A DNA stretch of 64,000 nt. Source: Nitrososphaerota archaeon. GTDB taxonomy: Archaea > Thermoproteota > Nitrososphaeria_A > Caldarchaeales > Caldarchaeaceae. The stretch is taken from NCBI GenBank assembly GCA_041641305.1, contig JBEPYN010000001.1, positions 32,001 through 96,000 on the forward strand. Direction: 5' to 3'. Positions within the stretch are counted from its first letter, which is position 1. Every line of letters starts with the position of its first letter. The notes under the pieces are model-generated. The model made no database searches. It saw only the letters and a list, made by a program, of their open reading frames with translations, and was not told the DNA's origin. Of this stretch, positions 8,950 to 18,105 are shown piece by piece. Made by a program: the position numbers and the translations under genes.

Positions 8950-10648
8950 GCTCGTTAGGGCTGTCCCGCCTCACAAACCCATAGCGCTCAAACTGCACAA
9001 CCTCATCAAAAACAACACTCTCGACAGCGGCCTCAGCCAATCCCCCCTCAACCCACAGGCTATCCTTATCTACTGAGCCGTCCTCGCTAAACAGCGGCCT
9101 ATACCTGATGACTCTGACAAAACGGTTGTCGTCCGAAACCCACTGAATGATCTTTCCTTCCTTGATTGGAGGGCCTCCAACGACTTCGCCCACCACCTCT
9201 TCATCACGCTTCTCAACAACCCTTATGTTTCCGAGCAGTTTGCAGCGAAAAACTTCTCCTACAACCAGTTTTTCAGCGTCCTGCCCCGAGATATAGAGTG
9301 TTCCTCCTGCCCTGATCACCCTCTTACCCATATTGGCCGATGGATGAAATGGAACCTCGACATCGGCTCCGTCGAAGTTAACAAGTCTTAACTTAACGGG
9401 AGAAGATACGAACCAGAGACGCCTGGCGACGGGGTCCACCAGTTTTCTGTTGATGCTGTGTAAGAGGCTCCAGTCAAATTCTTTTTTTGCCTGTGTGACC
9501 CCGGCATAGGTGAGTGTGAATTCGCGAATAGCCTGTGGTCTAATCCCTCTTCTCTTCACGGCTTCAATTGTCGAAAGTCTCGGGTCATCCCATCCAGAGA
9601 CAACACCCTCCTCAATCAAGCCCCTTATCTCTCTCTTAGATGTAGTGGCCCCACGAAACTCGAAACGTGAAAACTCGACGTAGACAGGGTTACTTAATCC
9701 GAGGATTCCTCGTATCATGTTTTGGAGCTCATCTCGGAAAGCGAACTCGCTACTGCGGAGGACATGGGTGACACCACATAAACCATCCTGCACAGCGGCG
9801 GCGAAGTCGTAGGTTGGCCAGACAACGTATTCACGTCCCTTGAGTGGGTGAGGGTGGTCAACTATCCTGAACATGACGGGGTCGCGGAGTGCTGTGTTAG
9901 GGCTGGCCACGTCGCCAACCAGCCTGAAGGAGACCTCTCCCTCCCTGTATGCCCTGTCGAGAGCCTTTTCCCACACCTCAAGCCCCTTCTCCCTAACCAT
10001 GTCGCGATGCACACAGCCAACCCCGTGAGAACGCTGGCGATGCATCTCATCGGGGCTGCAGAAACACGGGTAAAGAAACCCCTCCTTAATCATCTTCTCA
10101 GCAAACATGTAGTATTTCTCCATGTCGTCGGAGTTGTTTTTCTCAAAATCCCATTCTATTCCGAGCCATCGGTAGCCTCTGCGGAAGCTTTCATAAAACT
10201 CGAGACGAGCTTTCCGCGGGTTGGTGTCCTCGAACCTGAGCCAGAGCTTGCCTCCATATCTTCTCGCGTAGTGTTCGTTGATGAGGCCTGCTAGTGCGTG
10301 TCCGAGATGCATGTAGCCGCTCGGCTCGGGCGGAAGTCTGGTGACAACTTTTCCCTCGACAGCTCCGGGTAAAGGGGGAGGTAGACGCGTCTCTCCGATA
10401 TCCCTATGTCTGACAGGCTCTCTCACGCCGAATTTATCTGCCAAAACATGTTTCTGCTTCTCAAGCTCCATAGAGTTGACTTCTGCCACTACTTCTTCGA
10501 CAATCTGCCTTACCTCGGCGACCTGTTGACGGAGAGCGGGGTCTGAGCCGAGAAGCTTCGACAGAACGGCCTTAGCGTCAGCCTTACCACCGTGTTCGAC
10601 GGCGTTACGCAACGCGAGTTCCAGCGCCCTATCCCGGAGTGAGCTCAT
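8924..10648 (-). CDS. gltX: Glutamyl-tRNA synthetase
   Basis: RLPPEPSGYMHLGH (HIGH), EDTNP, TSKR, GWDDPRL, QFERYGF. Confidence 0.95.
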   Translation of the reverse strand: MSSLRDRALELALRNAVEHGGKADAKAVLSKLLGSDPALRQQVAEVRQIVEEVVAEVNSMELEKQKHVLADKFGVREPVRHRDIGETRLPPPLPGAVEGKVVTRLPPEPSGYMHLGHALAGLINEHYARRYGGKLWLRFEDTNPRKARLEFYESFRRGYRWLGIEWDFEKNNSDDMEKYYMFAEKMIKEGFLYPCFCSPDEMHRQRSHGVGCVHRDMVREKGLEVWEKALDRAYREGEVSFRLVGDVASPNTALRDPVMFRIVDHPHPLKGREYVVWPTYDFAAAVQDGLCGVTHVLRSSEFAFRDELQNMIRGILGLSNPVYVEFSRFEFRGATTSKREIRGLIEEGVVSGWDDPRLSTIEAVKRRGIRPQAIREFTLTYAGVTQAKKEFDWSLLHSINRKLVDPVARRLWFVSSPVKLRLVNFDGADVEVPFHPSANMGKRVIRAGGTLYISGQDAEKLVVGEVFRCKLLGNIRVVEKRDEEVVGEVVGGPPIKEGKIIQWVSDDNRFVRVIRYRPLFSEDGSVDKDSLWVEGGLAEAAVESVVFDEVVQFERYGFVRRDSPNELRFVYCHD

Positions 10649-10718
10649 CTAAAGATTGGTTATGCAGGGGTAATTTATGCATGCGTCGTGAGGTATGCTA
10701 AAAACCTTGTCACAATAG

Positions 10719-10731
10719 CTTTAAGTTATAC
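10719..10731 (+). promoter_or_regulatory. Probable TATA box for the rpl7ae operon (divergent from gltX)
   Basis: CTTTAAGTTATA about 35-45 nt upstream of the rpl7ae ATG. Confidence 0.45.
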
Positions 10732-10763
10732 ACCTCTGCCAGAGTTCAAGGAGATGAAGGCCT

Positions 10764-11135
10764 ATGCCTAATCCATACTACCAAACCTTCACACCCCCAG
10801 AAGAGCTTGTGACAGCGTCTCTTGAAGCGGTGAGACTTGCGAGGACATCAGGTAAAATAAGAAAAGGCGTCAACGAGGTAATCAAGGCTATTGAGAGAGG
10901 TCAAGCAAAGTTCGTGCTGATAGCGACCGATGTTGATCCACCTGAGATTGTAGCCTTTCTGCCGACGCTTTGCGAAGAGAGGAAGATAAGCTACATCTTT
11001 GTCAACTCCAAGTCGCAACTGGGCGAGGTCGCTGGCCTCTCTGTTCCAGCAAGCTCCGTAGCCGTCGTCGACCCTGGCGAGGCAAAGGGTTACATCGAGG
11101 AGATCGTCAAGAAGATACAGGAGATCAAGAAATAG
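10764..11135 (+). CDS. rpl7ae: 50S ribosomal protein L7Ae
   Basis: GKIRKGVNEVIKAIERG, DVDPPEIV. Confidence 0.97.
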   Translation: MPNPYYQTFTPPEELVTASLEAVRLARTSGKIRKGVNEVIKAIERGQAKFVLIATDVDPPEIVAFLPTLCEERKISYIFVNSKSQLGEVAGLSVPASSVAVVDPGEAKGYIEEIVKKIQEIKK

Positions 11136-11146
11136 GGTGAGTAGCC

Positions 11147-11371
11147 GTGAGCGCCAAGGCGCCGCCGAAAATAGAGGAACCAGTGCCTGCAGTGGTCGAG
11201 CAGGTTGTGGGAAGAACCGGTGTAACGGGGGAGGTTACCCAAGTACGCGTACGCATACTGAAGGGTAAAGACGAGGGTAGAGTGATTTCGCGAAACGTCA
11301 AGGGACCCGTCAGAGTCGGCGACATTCTAATGCTCCTTGACACAGAGAGGGAAGCAGAGAAGATAAAGTGA
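11147..11371 (+). CDS. rps28e: 30S ribosomal protein S28e
   Basis: [25 protein letters not shown]. Confidence 0.97.
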   Translation: MSAKAPPKIEEPVPAVVEQVVGRTGVTGEVTQVRVRILKGKDEGRVISRNVKGPVRVGDILMLLDTEREAEKIK

Positions 11372-11378
11372 GCAGCAA

Positions 11379-11552
11379 ATGGTCAGAACGCATCGCTGCT
11401 CTTTTTGCGGACGGGAGTTCACACATGGAAAAGGCATGCTCTACGTGAAAAACGACGGAACACTTCTATGGTTCTGCTCACGAAAATGCCGAATCTACTT
11501 GGTTGAGCATGGCAAAGACCCGCGTAAACTGAAATGGACTAAATCAAGGTGA
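11379..11552 (+). CDS. rpl24e: 50S ribosomal protein L24e (57 aa, below track cutoff)
   Basis: MVRTHRCSFCG...GKGMLYVKNDG...FCSRKC...PRKLKWT; canonical position between rps28e and ndk. Confidence 0.95.
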   Translation: MVRTHRCSFCGREFTHGKGMLYVKNDGTLLWFCSRKCRIYLVEHGKDPRKLKWTKSR

Positions 11553-11559
11553 TCACAAG

Positions 11560-11976
11560 TTGGATAGGACATTTGTCATATTGAAGCCAAGCGCGGTCTC
11601 ACGCGGTCTCGTGGGCGAAATTATTTCGAGGTTTGAGAGAAAAGGGCTGAGACCTCTCGCTATTCAGCTTAAACAGTTGACAAGGGATGAGGCGGCCAGG
11701 CTCTACGAGGTTCACCGCGGTAAACCATTTTACGAGGATTTGCTAACAGCCATAACGAGGGGTCCAGTCGTGCTCCTTGTTCTAGAGGGCCGGCAGGCCG
11801 TGGAAGTGGTTAGGAAACTAATAGGCGCGACCGACCCCGTAAAAGCCGAGCCCGGAACAATTAGAGGAGACTACGGACTTGACATAACAGACAACCTCGT
11901 ACACGCCTCCGACAGTGTAGAATCATTTCAAAGGGAATCGGCCATATTTTTCCCTAGTTTAGAGAAAACACATTAA
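11560..11976 (+). CDS. ndk: Nucleoside diphosphate kinase
   Basis: RTFVILKP, GTIRGDYG, NLVHASDS. Confidence 0.96.
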   Translation: MDRTFVILKPSAVSRGLVGEIISRFERKGLRPLAIQLKQLTRDEAARLYEVHRGKPFYEDLLTAITRGPVVLLVLEGRQAVEVVRKLIGATDPVKAEPGTIRGDYGLDITDNLVHASDSVESFQRESAIFFPSLEKTH

Positions 11977-12000
11977 GAGCTTTATATCCGAGTTGGTGAA

Positions 12001-13239
12001 ATGGCGTTCCCTAAGCAGCCAGAGGTCAACATAGGCACTCTCGGCCACGTTGACAACGGGAAGAGCACAATCGTCCAGAGCATAACGGGTGTATGGACGG
12101 CGAAGCACAGCGAGGAGCTTAAACGCGGGATAACCATACGAATTGGATACGCTGACGCAGCCATCTACGTCTGTCCACGATGTACACCGCCGTACAACCA
12201 TTACTCGGTCGAGAAGTGTCCCATCCATGGAACAGCAAACGAGTTTCAGAGAGTCGTCTCCTTCATAGACTGCCCAGGTCATCACTCTCTCATGGTCACT
12301 ATGCTTTCTGGTGCTGCATTATTCGACGGCGCCATTTTCGTGACAGACGTTAGACAAAAGTTCCCGCAGCCCCAGGACGGCGAGCATCTACAGGCAGCGA
12401 AAATCCTCGGAATAAAGAACTTGATTATTGCTCAGAACAAAATCGACCTCGTCGACAAGAGAAGGGCTGAGGAGAATTATGAAGAGATTGTCAGCTATCT
12501 TGAGGAAAACGGCTTCGAGAAACCACCGATCATACCTGTGTCTGGACAGCACGGAGTCGGCATAGAACCACTGCTTTATGCAATACAGCAGGTTATCAGG
12601 ACCCCGCAGCGTGACCCGTCGAAACCGTCGCGCATGCCTGTGCTTAGGTCATTCGATGTCAACATCCCAGGCACACCTGCGAAAAACATTAGAGGCGCTG
12701 TAATCGGCGGCTCCATTACACAAGGGGTTTTGAGGGTTGGTGACGAGATTGAGATACAGCCCGGCTTAGGGAAACAGAAGATGGGCAAAACGGTTTACGA
12801 GCCTCTCTACACCGAGGTGGCGAACCTCGTTGCAGGTGGAAAAAACGTGAAAGAAGCTTACCCTGGAGGGCTTACGGGTGTGGAGACGACACTGGACCCG
12901 TCTCTGGGAAAAGGAGATGGGCTGGTCGGAAATGTCGCGGGCAAGCCAGGCACCCTGCCCCCTGTCTGGAGCACCTTAACCCTCGAGTATCATTTGTTTG
13001 AAAGAGTTCTCGGCATAGAGGGGAATGTGGCGGTGAAGCAGATTGCGGAGAAAGAGGCTCTGGTCATAAACGTGTCATCTGCTGTTTCCAGCGGCGTTGT
13101 CTCTAAAAAAACCTCAAGCAAAATCGAAGTTGTTTTGTCTCGTCCACTTGTGGCGGAGCCTGGAAGCAAAGCAGCCATCTCAAGGAAAGTGGGTGCCGGA
13201 TGGCGTCTCATCGGTTACGGCATCATAATGGGGAGCTAA
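12001..13239 (+). CDS. eif2g: Translation initiation factor aIF2 gamma subunit
   Basis: GHVDNGKS, RGITIRIGYA, DCPGH, QNKID, WRLIGYG. Confidence 0.96.
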   Translation: MAFPKQPEVNIGTLGHVDNGKSTIVQSITGVWTAKHSEELKRGITIRIGYADAAIYVCPRCTPPYNHYSVEKCPIHGTANEFQRVVSFIDCPGHHSLMVTMLSGAALFDGAIFVTDVRQKFPQPQDGEHLQAAKILGIKNLIIAQNKIDLVDKRRAEENYEEIVSYLEENGFEKPPIIPVSGQHGVGIEPLLYAIQQVIRTPQRDPSKPSRMPVLRSFDVNIPGTPAKNIRGAVIGGSITQGVLRVGDEIEIQPGLGKQKMGKTVYEPLYTEVANLVAGGKNVKEAYPGGLTGVETTLDPSLGKGDGLVGNVAGKPGTLPPVWSTLTLEYHLFERVLGIEGNVAVKQIAEKEALVINVSSAVSSGVVSKKTSSKIEVVLSRPLVAEPGSKAAISRKVGAGWRLIGYGIIMGS

Positions 13240-13623
13240 GTGAAGGTACTGGTTGACACGAGCTTTTTGCTATTTTGTGCGGAAAAGGGTGTGGACTACC
13301 TCTCTATCCTCGAGAATAGGTTGGGTGACAAGCTTGAGCCCGTGGCTCCTGTCTCTGTTATTGCTGAGTTGAAGAGGCTGGCCGACAAGAGAGGGCGGAA
13401 ATCAATGCTGGCCAAGGCCGCTCTGGAAATGTTGAAAAACATGGAGCAACTGCCGGGAAAATCCGGCGTCGTTGACGAGGTCTTGATTGAGCTGGCACGT
13501 GAGACAGGGTACCCTGTTTTGACGGTGGATACTCGTCTAATGCGGAGGCTCGGGTTAAGAAATCTCGAGTATCTCGGGGTTTCGGCGACGGGTAAGCCAA
13601 TAGTTAGGCTTAAATTCCGTTAA
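13240..13623 (+). CDS. PIN-domain protein (Utp24/Fcf1-like)
   Basis: VLVDTSFL, SVIAEL, VDEVL, TVD; conserved position after eif2g. Confidence 0.85.
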   Translation: MKVLVDTSFLLFCAEKGVDYLSILENRLGDKLEPVAPVSVIAELKRLADKRGRKSMLAKAALEMLKNMEQLPGKSGVVDEVLIELARETGYPVLTVDTRLMRRLGLRNLEYLGVSATGKPIVRLKFR

Positions 13624-13669
13624 ATAAGGCTCAATACATACTTGCTGACAAGGGATAGGGTGTGTAATC

Positions 13670-14233
13670 TTGTTCATGCTGGTTGAGGTTTCGGAGATTG
13701 TTGGAATTCCACCGGCGGACTTTGATAAGCCGCTGGAGAAGGTGGTTCTCAACGAGTTGAGAAAACGCTACGAAGGGGCGGTGGATGAGGAGCTGGGATA
13801 CATCATCATGGTGACCGACGCTAAAGTGGATAAAGTGGGCAGAATACTCCCCCGCGACGGCTCCACCTACCATAGAAGCACTTTTACACTTCTAACCTAC
13901 ATGCCGCTGCTCAACGAGGTGGTGCTTGGCGAAGTGGTCGAGATAACAGACTTCGGCTGCTTCGTCAGAGTGGGCCCTCTCGACGGCTTGATACACATAT
14001 CACAGATAATGGATGACTATATTACATATGACGAGAAAAACAACATGCTTGTCGGAAGGAAAACTGGCCGTAAACTCTCGGTGGGCGACGACGTTAGAGG
14101 CCGGATAAACGCCGTTTCTTTCGCAGGAGGCGCGGGTGGAAAGGTGTCTCTAGTGACGCGGCAGCCTATGATGGGCTCTCTCAAATGGATAGAGGAGGAT
14201 TTGGCGAAGACGGTGCAGTCAAGTGTCGGCTAA
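13670..14233 (+). CDS. rpoE1: RNA polymerase subunit E' (Rpo7)
   Basis: GEVVEITDFGCFVRVGPLDGLIHISQI S1 domain. Confidence 0.95.
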   Translation: MFMLVEVSEIVGIPPADFDKPLEKVVLNELRKRYEGAVDEELGYIIMVTDAKVDKVGRILPRDGSTYHRSTFTLLTYMPLLNEVVLGEVVEITDFGCFVRVGPLDGLIHISQIMDDYITYDEKNNMLVGRKTGRKLSVGDDVRGRINAVSFAGGAGGKVSLVTRQPMMGSLKWIEEDLAKTVQSSVG

Positions 14234-14414
14234 GCCGAGGGCGTGTAGAAACTGCAAAAGAATAGTTGTGGGAAAGACCTGCGACGTATGCGGTTCATCA
14301 AACCTTAGCACCAGCTACTCCGGTCTCGTGATAATCCTCGACGTGGAGAACTCGGAGATTGCGAAGGAGCTGGGAATAAGGAAATCGGGAAGATACGCGG
14401 TCAAAGTTGACTAA
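14223..14414 (+). CDS. spt4: Transcription elongation factor Spt4 (RpoE'')
   Basis: ACRNC..CDVC zinc ribbon, SEIAKELGI..GRYA. Confidence 0.94.
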   Translation: MSAKPRACRNCKRIVVGKTCDVCGSSNLSTSYSGLVIILDVENSEIAKELGIRKSGRYAVKVD

Positions 14415-14913
14415 CCTCTGGAGCAGACGCATATCCTTCACCGAAGACATGAAGAACCGTGTGCGGACACCGCTGGGTGAACTGAGACTCGGTGATCTGA
14501 CATATTCTAAGGACCTTGCGGAAGCTAAGCCGCTTGTAGTTGTAGGGGACTACACCTATAAACAGATGATTAAAGCAGGTTTGAGGCCGGATGTCGTGGT
14601 AGTGGATGCGAGGGTAATGCGAGATGCTGCGGAGCCGCCTTCGCTCGAAGGCTACGAGGTTACACATGTTAGGAACATGGCTGGAGTAATTGAGCCTGCC
14701 GCCGCCGAAGCCGTTGTCACAGCTGTACTCAGAGGCCGGGGCGCTGTCTTTGTAGACGGGGAGGAGGATCTTCTGGCTTTGCCCGCTATTCACGCTCTAC
14801 CCGAAGGTGGAGTGGTTGTCTATGGACAGCCAAAGCAGGGATACGTTGTGGTCAAATCTTCCCCAGAGGTCAAAAGGCTGGTTGAGGAAATTATTTCGCC
14901 TGCTCCTGTTTGA
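14407..14913 (+). CDS. DUF359 family GTP-dependent dephospho-CoA kinase
   Basis: VGD, VVD, VDGEEDLLALP, YGQP. Confidence 0.88.
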   Translation: MTNLWSRRISFTEDMKNRVRTPLGELRLGDLTYSKDLAEAKPLVVVGDYTYKQMIKAGLRPDVVVVDARVMRDAAEPPSLEGYEVTHVRNMAGVIEPAAAEAVVTAVLRGRGAVFVDGEEDLLALPAIHALPEGGVVVYGQPKQGYVVVKSSPEVKRLVEEIISPAPV

Positions 14914-15061
14914 ACTTGGTGTAACCGCATTTCCCGCATGTATATCTGTTGCCGTGGTCTGCCATAAAGTATCCGACACCGCATCTCGGGCATGAGACCA
15001 AAGTTTTCTCGATGCGCCCATCCTTCACCACATACCTTTTCCAAAGACCTTGTTTCGTCAT
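14891..15061 (-). CDS. rps27ae: 30S ribosomal protein S27ae (56 aa, below track cutoff)
   Basis: MTKQGLWKRY...CPRCGVGYFMADHGNRYTCGKCGYT; follows rps24e. Confidence 0.95.
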   Translation of the reverse strand: MTKQGLWKRYVVKDGRIEKTLVSCPRCGVGYFMADHGNRYTCGKCGYTKFKQEQAK

Positions 15062-15348
15062 TTCTTCGGCCTCTCCGCGAGCTTGTTCCTGATAAGTATA
15101 TGAAGCGGCTCAAAGACCTTGATTTCTTCAGCCTTGTTGTAGACATTTGCATAAACATCCACTATTCTCGAGCCTGTGCGGTAGAGGAGTTTTCTAATGA
15201 CTACTCTGGATGGGTCGATGTTGAGATGCGCTGCTATAAGCTGCTTGGCCTCGTCACGTGTAATAGGGTTGGTGTATGAAATTTTGGCTGTTATCTCACG
15301 TCTGCCCACCAGCTTGTTTTCCACAAGCTTCGAGTCAACCAGCGACAT
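15058..15348 (-). CDS. rps24e: 30S ribosomal protein S24e
   Basis: ENKLVGRREI, EPLHILIRN; ATG 15348 after GAGGTGA. Confidence 0.88.
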   Translation of the reverse strand: MSLVDSKLVENKLVGRREITAKISYTNPITRDEAKQLIAAHLNIDPSRVVIRKLLYRTGSRIVDVYANVYNKAEEIKVFEPLHILIRNKLAERPKK

Positions 15349-15760
15349 CCTCTTCACCTCTCTTGACGAGGACGGCGTTTATCTGAGCTATCGCCTCGCT
15401 GATCGTGTCTCCCCTAACTGTGACACGTTTCCTTAACCCCTTAATCAGCCGTCTGGCCCTCTTCTTCTTCCTCTTGGAGGGAGGCTTCCGCCGCGGATGA
15501 AACCCAGGTCCCCCTGAGAGCAAAACCCTCACCTTACGAGGACCTGAGACGTCTGGACGCATGGGGAGCCCGTCTTTGTCAGTACCTCCGGTTATCCTTA
15601 TCAAGTATCCTTTGTAGCCGAAAACTCCCCCGTCAACAGTCTCCCCAATTCTTTTGCCAATCAAAAGCGTGAGCTGCTGAGGTGTAAGTTGGATGGTCGA
15701 GGCTTTCTTCTGGACAGGGTCTGACAACACCATTCGAGGGCCAGCTGCTTGCTGCGACAT
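15335..15760 (-). CDS. rps6e: 30S ribosomal protein S6e
   Basis: LIGKRIGE, ITGGTDKDGLPMRPD, TVRG. Confidence 0.95.
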   Translation of the reverse strand: MSQQAAGPRMVLSDPVQKKASTIQLTPQQLTLLIGKRIGETVDGGVFGYKGYLIRITGGTDKDGLPMRPDVSGPRKVRVLLSGGPGFHPRRKPPSKRKKKRARRLIKGLRKRVTVRGDTISEAIAQINAVLVKRGEEDVAG

Positions 15761-15799
15761 CTAAACACCATCGCCTATGCTCAGCAATTTAAACATGAG

Positions 15800-18046
15800 C
15801 TACCTCGCCCACAGGGGGTTCTTCACACGCATTATCTCCACAAGCTCCTCCAAAGTTTTGAGGGCATGAGGCTCCAGCATAGCGGCATAGTTTGTGAGCA
15901 GCTGGCGGGCGTCGCGTTCGGGGACAGCGACATAGAGCTCCTCGTCGCCGTGAATAGTTCGGCCGACCACAGCGTCTCGGATGGAGACGGCCACCTTCAT
16001 TCCAGCTTTGGCGAGGCTTATCGCCTGTCCTCTATCCTGTATCTGTGAGAGCTGCCCCACGGTCTTGCCCAATTTATTGACCAGCTGCACACCCGGACGA
16101 ATTTCGCCAGCCAAAACCTCCACACCCACTATAGCAGGCTCACTACGTCTGAAAATGAAGTCCTTCAGTATCTTTATCTTGCCAGGCTTCACAAGCGACT
16201 CAAACTCAGCCGCTTGCCTGGCTCTAACGGTTTCGGCGACCCAGCTCTCATATTCTTCTACAAGGCGGAAAAGGACATCGTTTTTGAAGATGCGGACACC
16301 CTTCGAAAGAGCTTCACGCTCCAGCTCTGGGTCAACTCGCACCCCGTAAGCCAAGATTACGCCTAGGAGCTCATCCTTCAAGTGGACGACATGGGCTTCG
16401 ACTATGTCGCGTTTGGAGACATCCCCGATGTCAGCCATTCGTATTAACACACCTTTGTCACGAAGATAGTTGACCGCTGCTTCCAGTGTTCCAAGTGCAT
16501 CGGCCTTGACCACAACCCCTATTTTGTCTGTCGAGAGAATAAACTCCTGAGCCTCCTCCGCAACACGCCTAAGATCCTCTACCTCGTTTTTCACAACCAG
16601 TAGAGGTGATCCGGCTACGGCGTCCTCAAGCATTTCGGCAACCATTTTGACGCCAGCAGCCGCCGAAATCTGGTCGATGCTCTTCAGCCTATCACGTGGG
16701 TCGCGTATCTCGTCAAGTGGTTTGGGCAACAGAAGCGCCTTGACTTTCGACGTTGTAGGGCCTCGGCGTGTGAGAAAAGCAACCTTTTCGCCAACCCTTA
16801 ATGTTCCTGTGTGAATAAGAATGTTAGCTGTGGCGCCGAAGCCCTCTTCCTCTACAATCTCGAGGATGACACCTTCACATCTGTCCTCCCTTTTCATTAG
16901 ACGCTGCTTCATAAACTGCTGAGCAAGTCCGAGGAGAAGCAAGAGGAGGTCGGGTATGCCTTCGCCTGTCTTAGCGCTGACGGGAATGATGGCTACGGTG
17001 TCTGTGAACGACTTTATCCTAGTGTAGAGGTCTGACCTGAAGCCGAGGAAACTGAGGTCCCCCATCAGGTTATAAATCCTGTTGTCGAGGTCTTCGGCGA
17101 CGGCTTTCTGCTGGTTGTTGTATGTTTTTATGAATGGGGCGTTGGGCGTAGGCCGCCATCCGGGTATCATGTCTATTTTGTTGGCGGCTACCACGAAGGG
17201 TGTTTTCCTAGAGCGAAGAAGCTGGATGCTTTCCCTTGTCTGTTCTTGGACACCTTTCATGATGTCGATGACGAGGATGGCCATGTCGGCGACGGAGCCT
17301 CCCCGTTTCCTGAGGTTGGAGAAGGCCGCGTGCCCCGGTGTGTCGATGAAGAGGATGCCGGGAATTTCCAGCTTGACTTTGAGCTCTCCCAGTAGCTGTC
17401 GACATGTCTCCTCTATTGCCTTTATGGGGAAGATCGTTGCCCCGATGTGCTGTGTTATGCCACCGGCCTCCCTGGCGGCGACGAGGGTTCCCCGCATCTT
17501 ATCAAGAAGGGAGGTGTTGTGGAGAATGATTTCTTGTGCTTCGTAGAAGTGTGTCGGGGGCACTGTGAAGTCGTAGACGTAGCGGTAGCTGGGCTTGGTT
17601 TTTTCGATGGCTTCTACAGTTACGAATGTGACTTGTTTTCCTCGCAGGCTTAGCAGCCTGTCTCCCGGCTTTAGCCTATCAGCTCTTACGAAGACATGTA
17701 GAAAGTTGTTCACAGCCTTTGCGTAGGGATGCTCGGGTGTTGTTTCGACGGTTTCTCCGTTGGAGAGATATATTCGGGTCATGGTTTTTGGTGCACGTCT
17801 TCTCCAGAGCAGCATAGCCTCGGCCTCGCGATTATCTGTCAGGGTCACGAGGGTTGGTTTCTTCTGCGGCTCCACAGCCACCCCATCGGAAACATGGTAG
17901 ACTTTTCCACCTCTGGCGTATGTTCTGAACATATCCTCGGCGGAGACATAACCTTCCCCAGTTTCGTGTATGAGTGTCCATGGGGCAACGCATTTTCCAT
18001 GGTCCACATGGCCCAGAACAACCACTATCGGCTCCCTGTAGCGCAT
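15800..18046 (-). CDS. infB: Translation initiation factor aIF5B (IF-2), intein-containing precursor
   Basis: GHVDHGK|T, REAGGITQHIGA, DTPGH, NKID, KADALGTLEA. Confidence 0.97.
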   Translation of the reverse strand: MRYREPIVVVLGHVDHGKCVAPWTLIHETGEGYVSAEDMFRTYARGGKVYHVSDGVAVEPQKKPTLVTLTDNREAEAMLLWRRRAPKTMTRIYLSNGETVETTPEHPYAKAVNNFLHVFVRADRLKPGDRLLSLRGKQVTFVTVEAIEKTKPSYRYVYDFTVPPTHFYEAQEIILHNTSLLDKMRGTLVAAREAGGITQHIGATIFPIKAIEETCRQLLGELKVKLEIPGILFIDTPGHAAFSNLRKRGGSVADMAILVIDIMKGVQEQTRESIQLLRSRKTPFVVAANKIDMIPGWRPTPNAPFIKTYNNQQKAVAEDLDNRIYNLMGDLSFLGFRSDLYTRIKSFTDTVAIIPVSAKTGEGIPDLLLLLLGLAQQFMKQRLMKREDRCEGVILEIVEEEGFGATANILIHTGTLRVGEKVAFLTRRGPTTSKVKALLLPKPLDEIRDPRDRLKSIDQISAAAGVKMVAEMLEDAVAGSPLLVVKNEVEDLRRVAEEAQEFILSTDKIGVVVKADALGTLEAAVNYLRDKGVLIRMADIGDVSKRDIVEAHVVHLKDELLGVILAYGVRVDPELEREALSKGVRIFKNDVLFRLVEEYESWVAETVRARQAAEFESLVKPGKIKILKDFIFRRSEPAIVGVEVLAGEIRPGVQLVNKLGKTVGQLSQIQDRGQAISLAKAGMKVAVSIRDAVVGRTIHGDEELYVAVPERDARQLLTNYAAMLEPHALKTLEELVEIMRVKNPLWAR
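17516..17992 (-). mobile_element. Mini-intein (159 aa, no homing endonuclease) in the aIF5B P-loop
   Basis: Block A CVAPWT, block B TTPEHP, LKPGD, block F YVYDFTV, block G ILHN followed by extein Thr; excision restores GHVDHGKT. Confidence 0.95.
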
Positions 18047-18105
18047 CCCAGTGGAAGTAACAACAAGTATAACTAAAAGTTATCACAAAACTTGTTAGCA
18101 AAGGT

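Noticed and set aside
10735-10765. Possible K-turn in the rpl7ae 5' UTR (autoregulation known in Sulfolobales)
   Set aside because: GCC/GGC flanks and GA dinucleotides are present, but I could not build a convincing tandem G.A K-turn by eye; needs a covariance-model search
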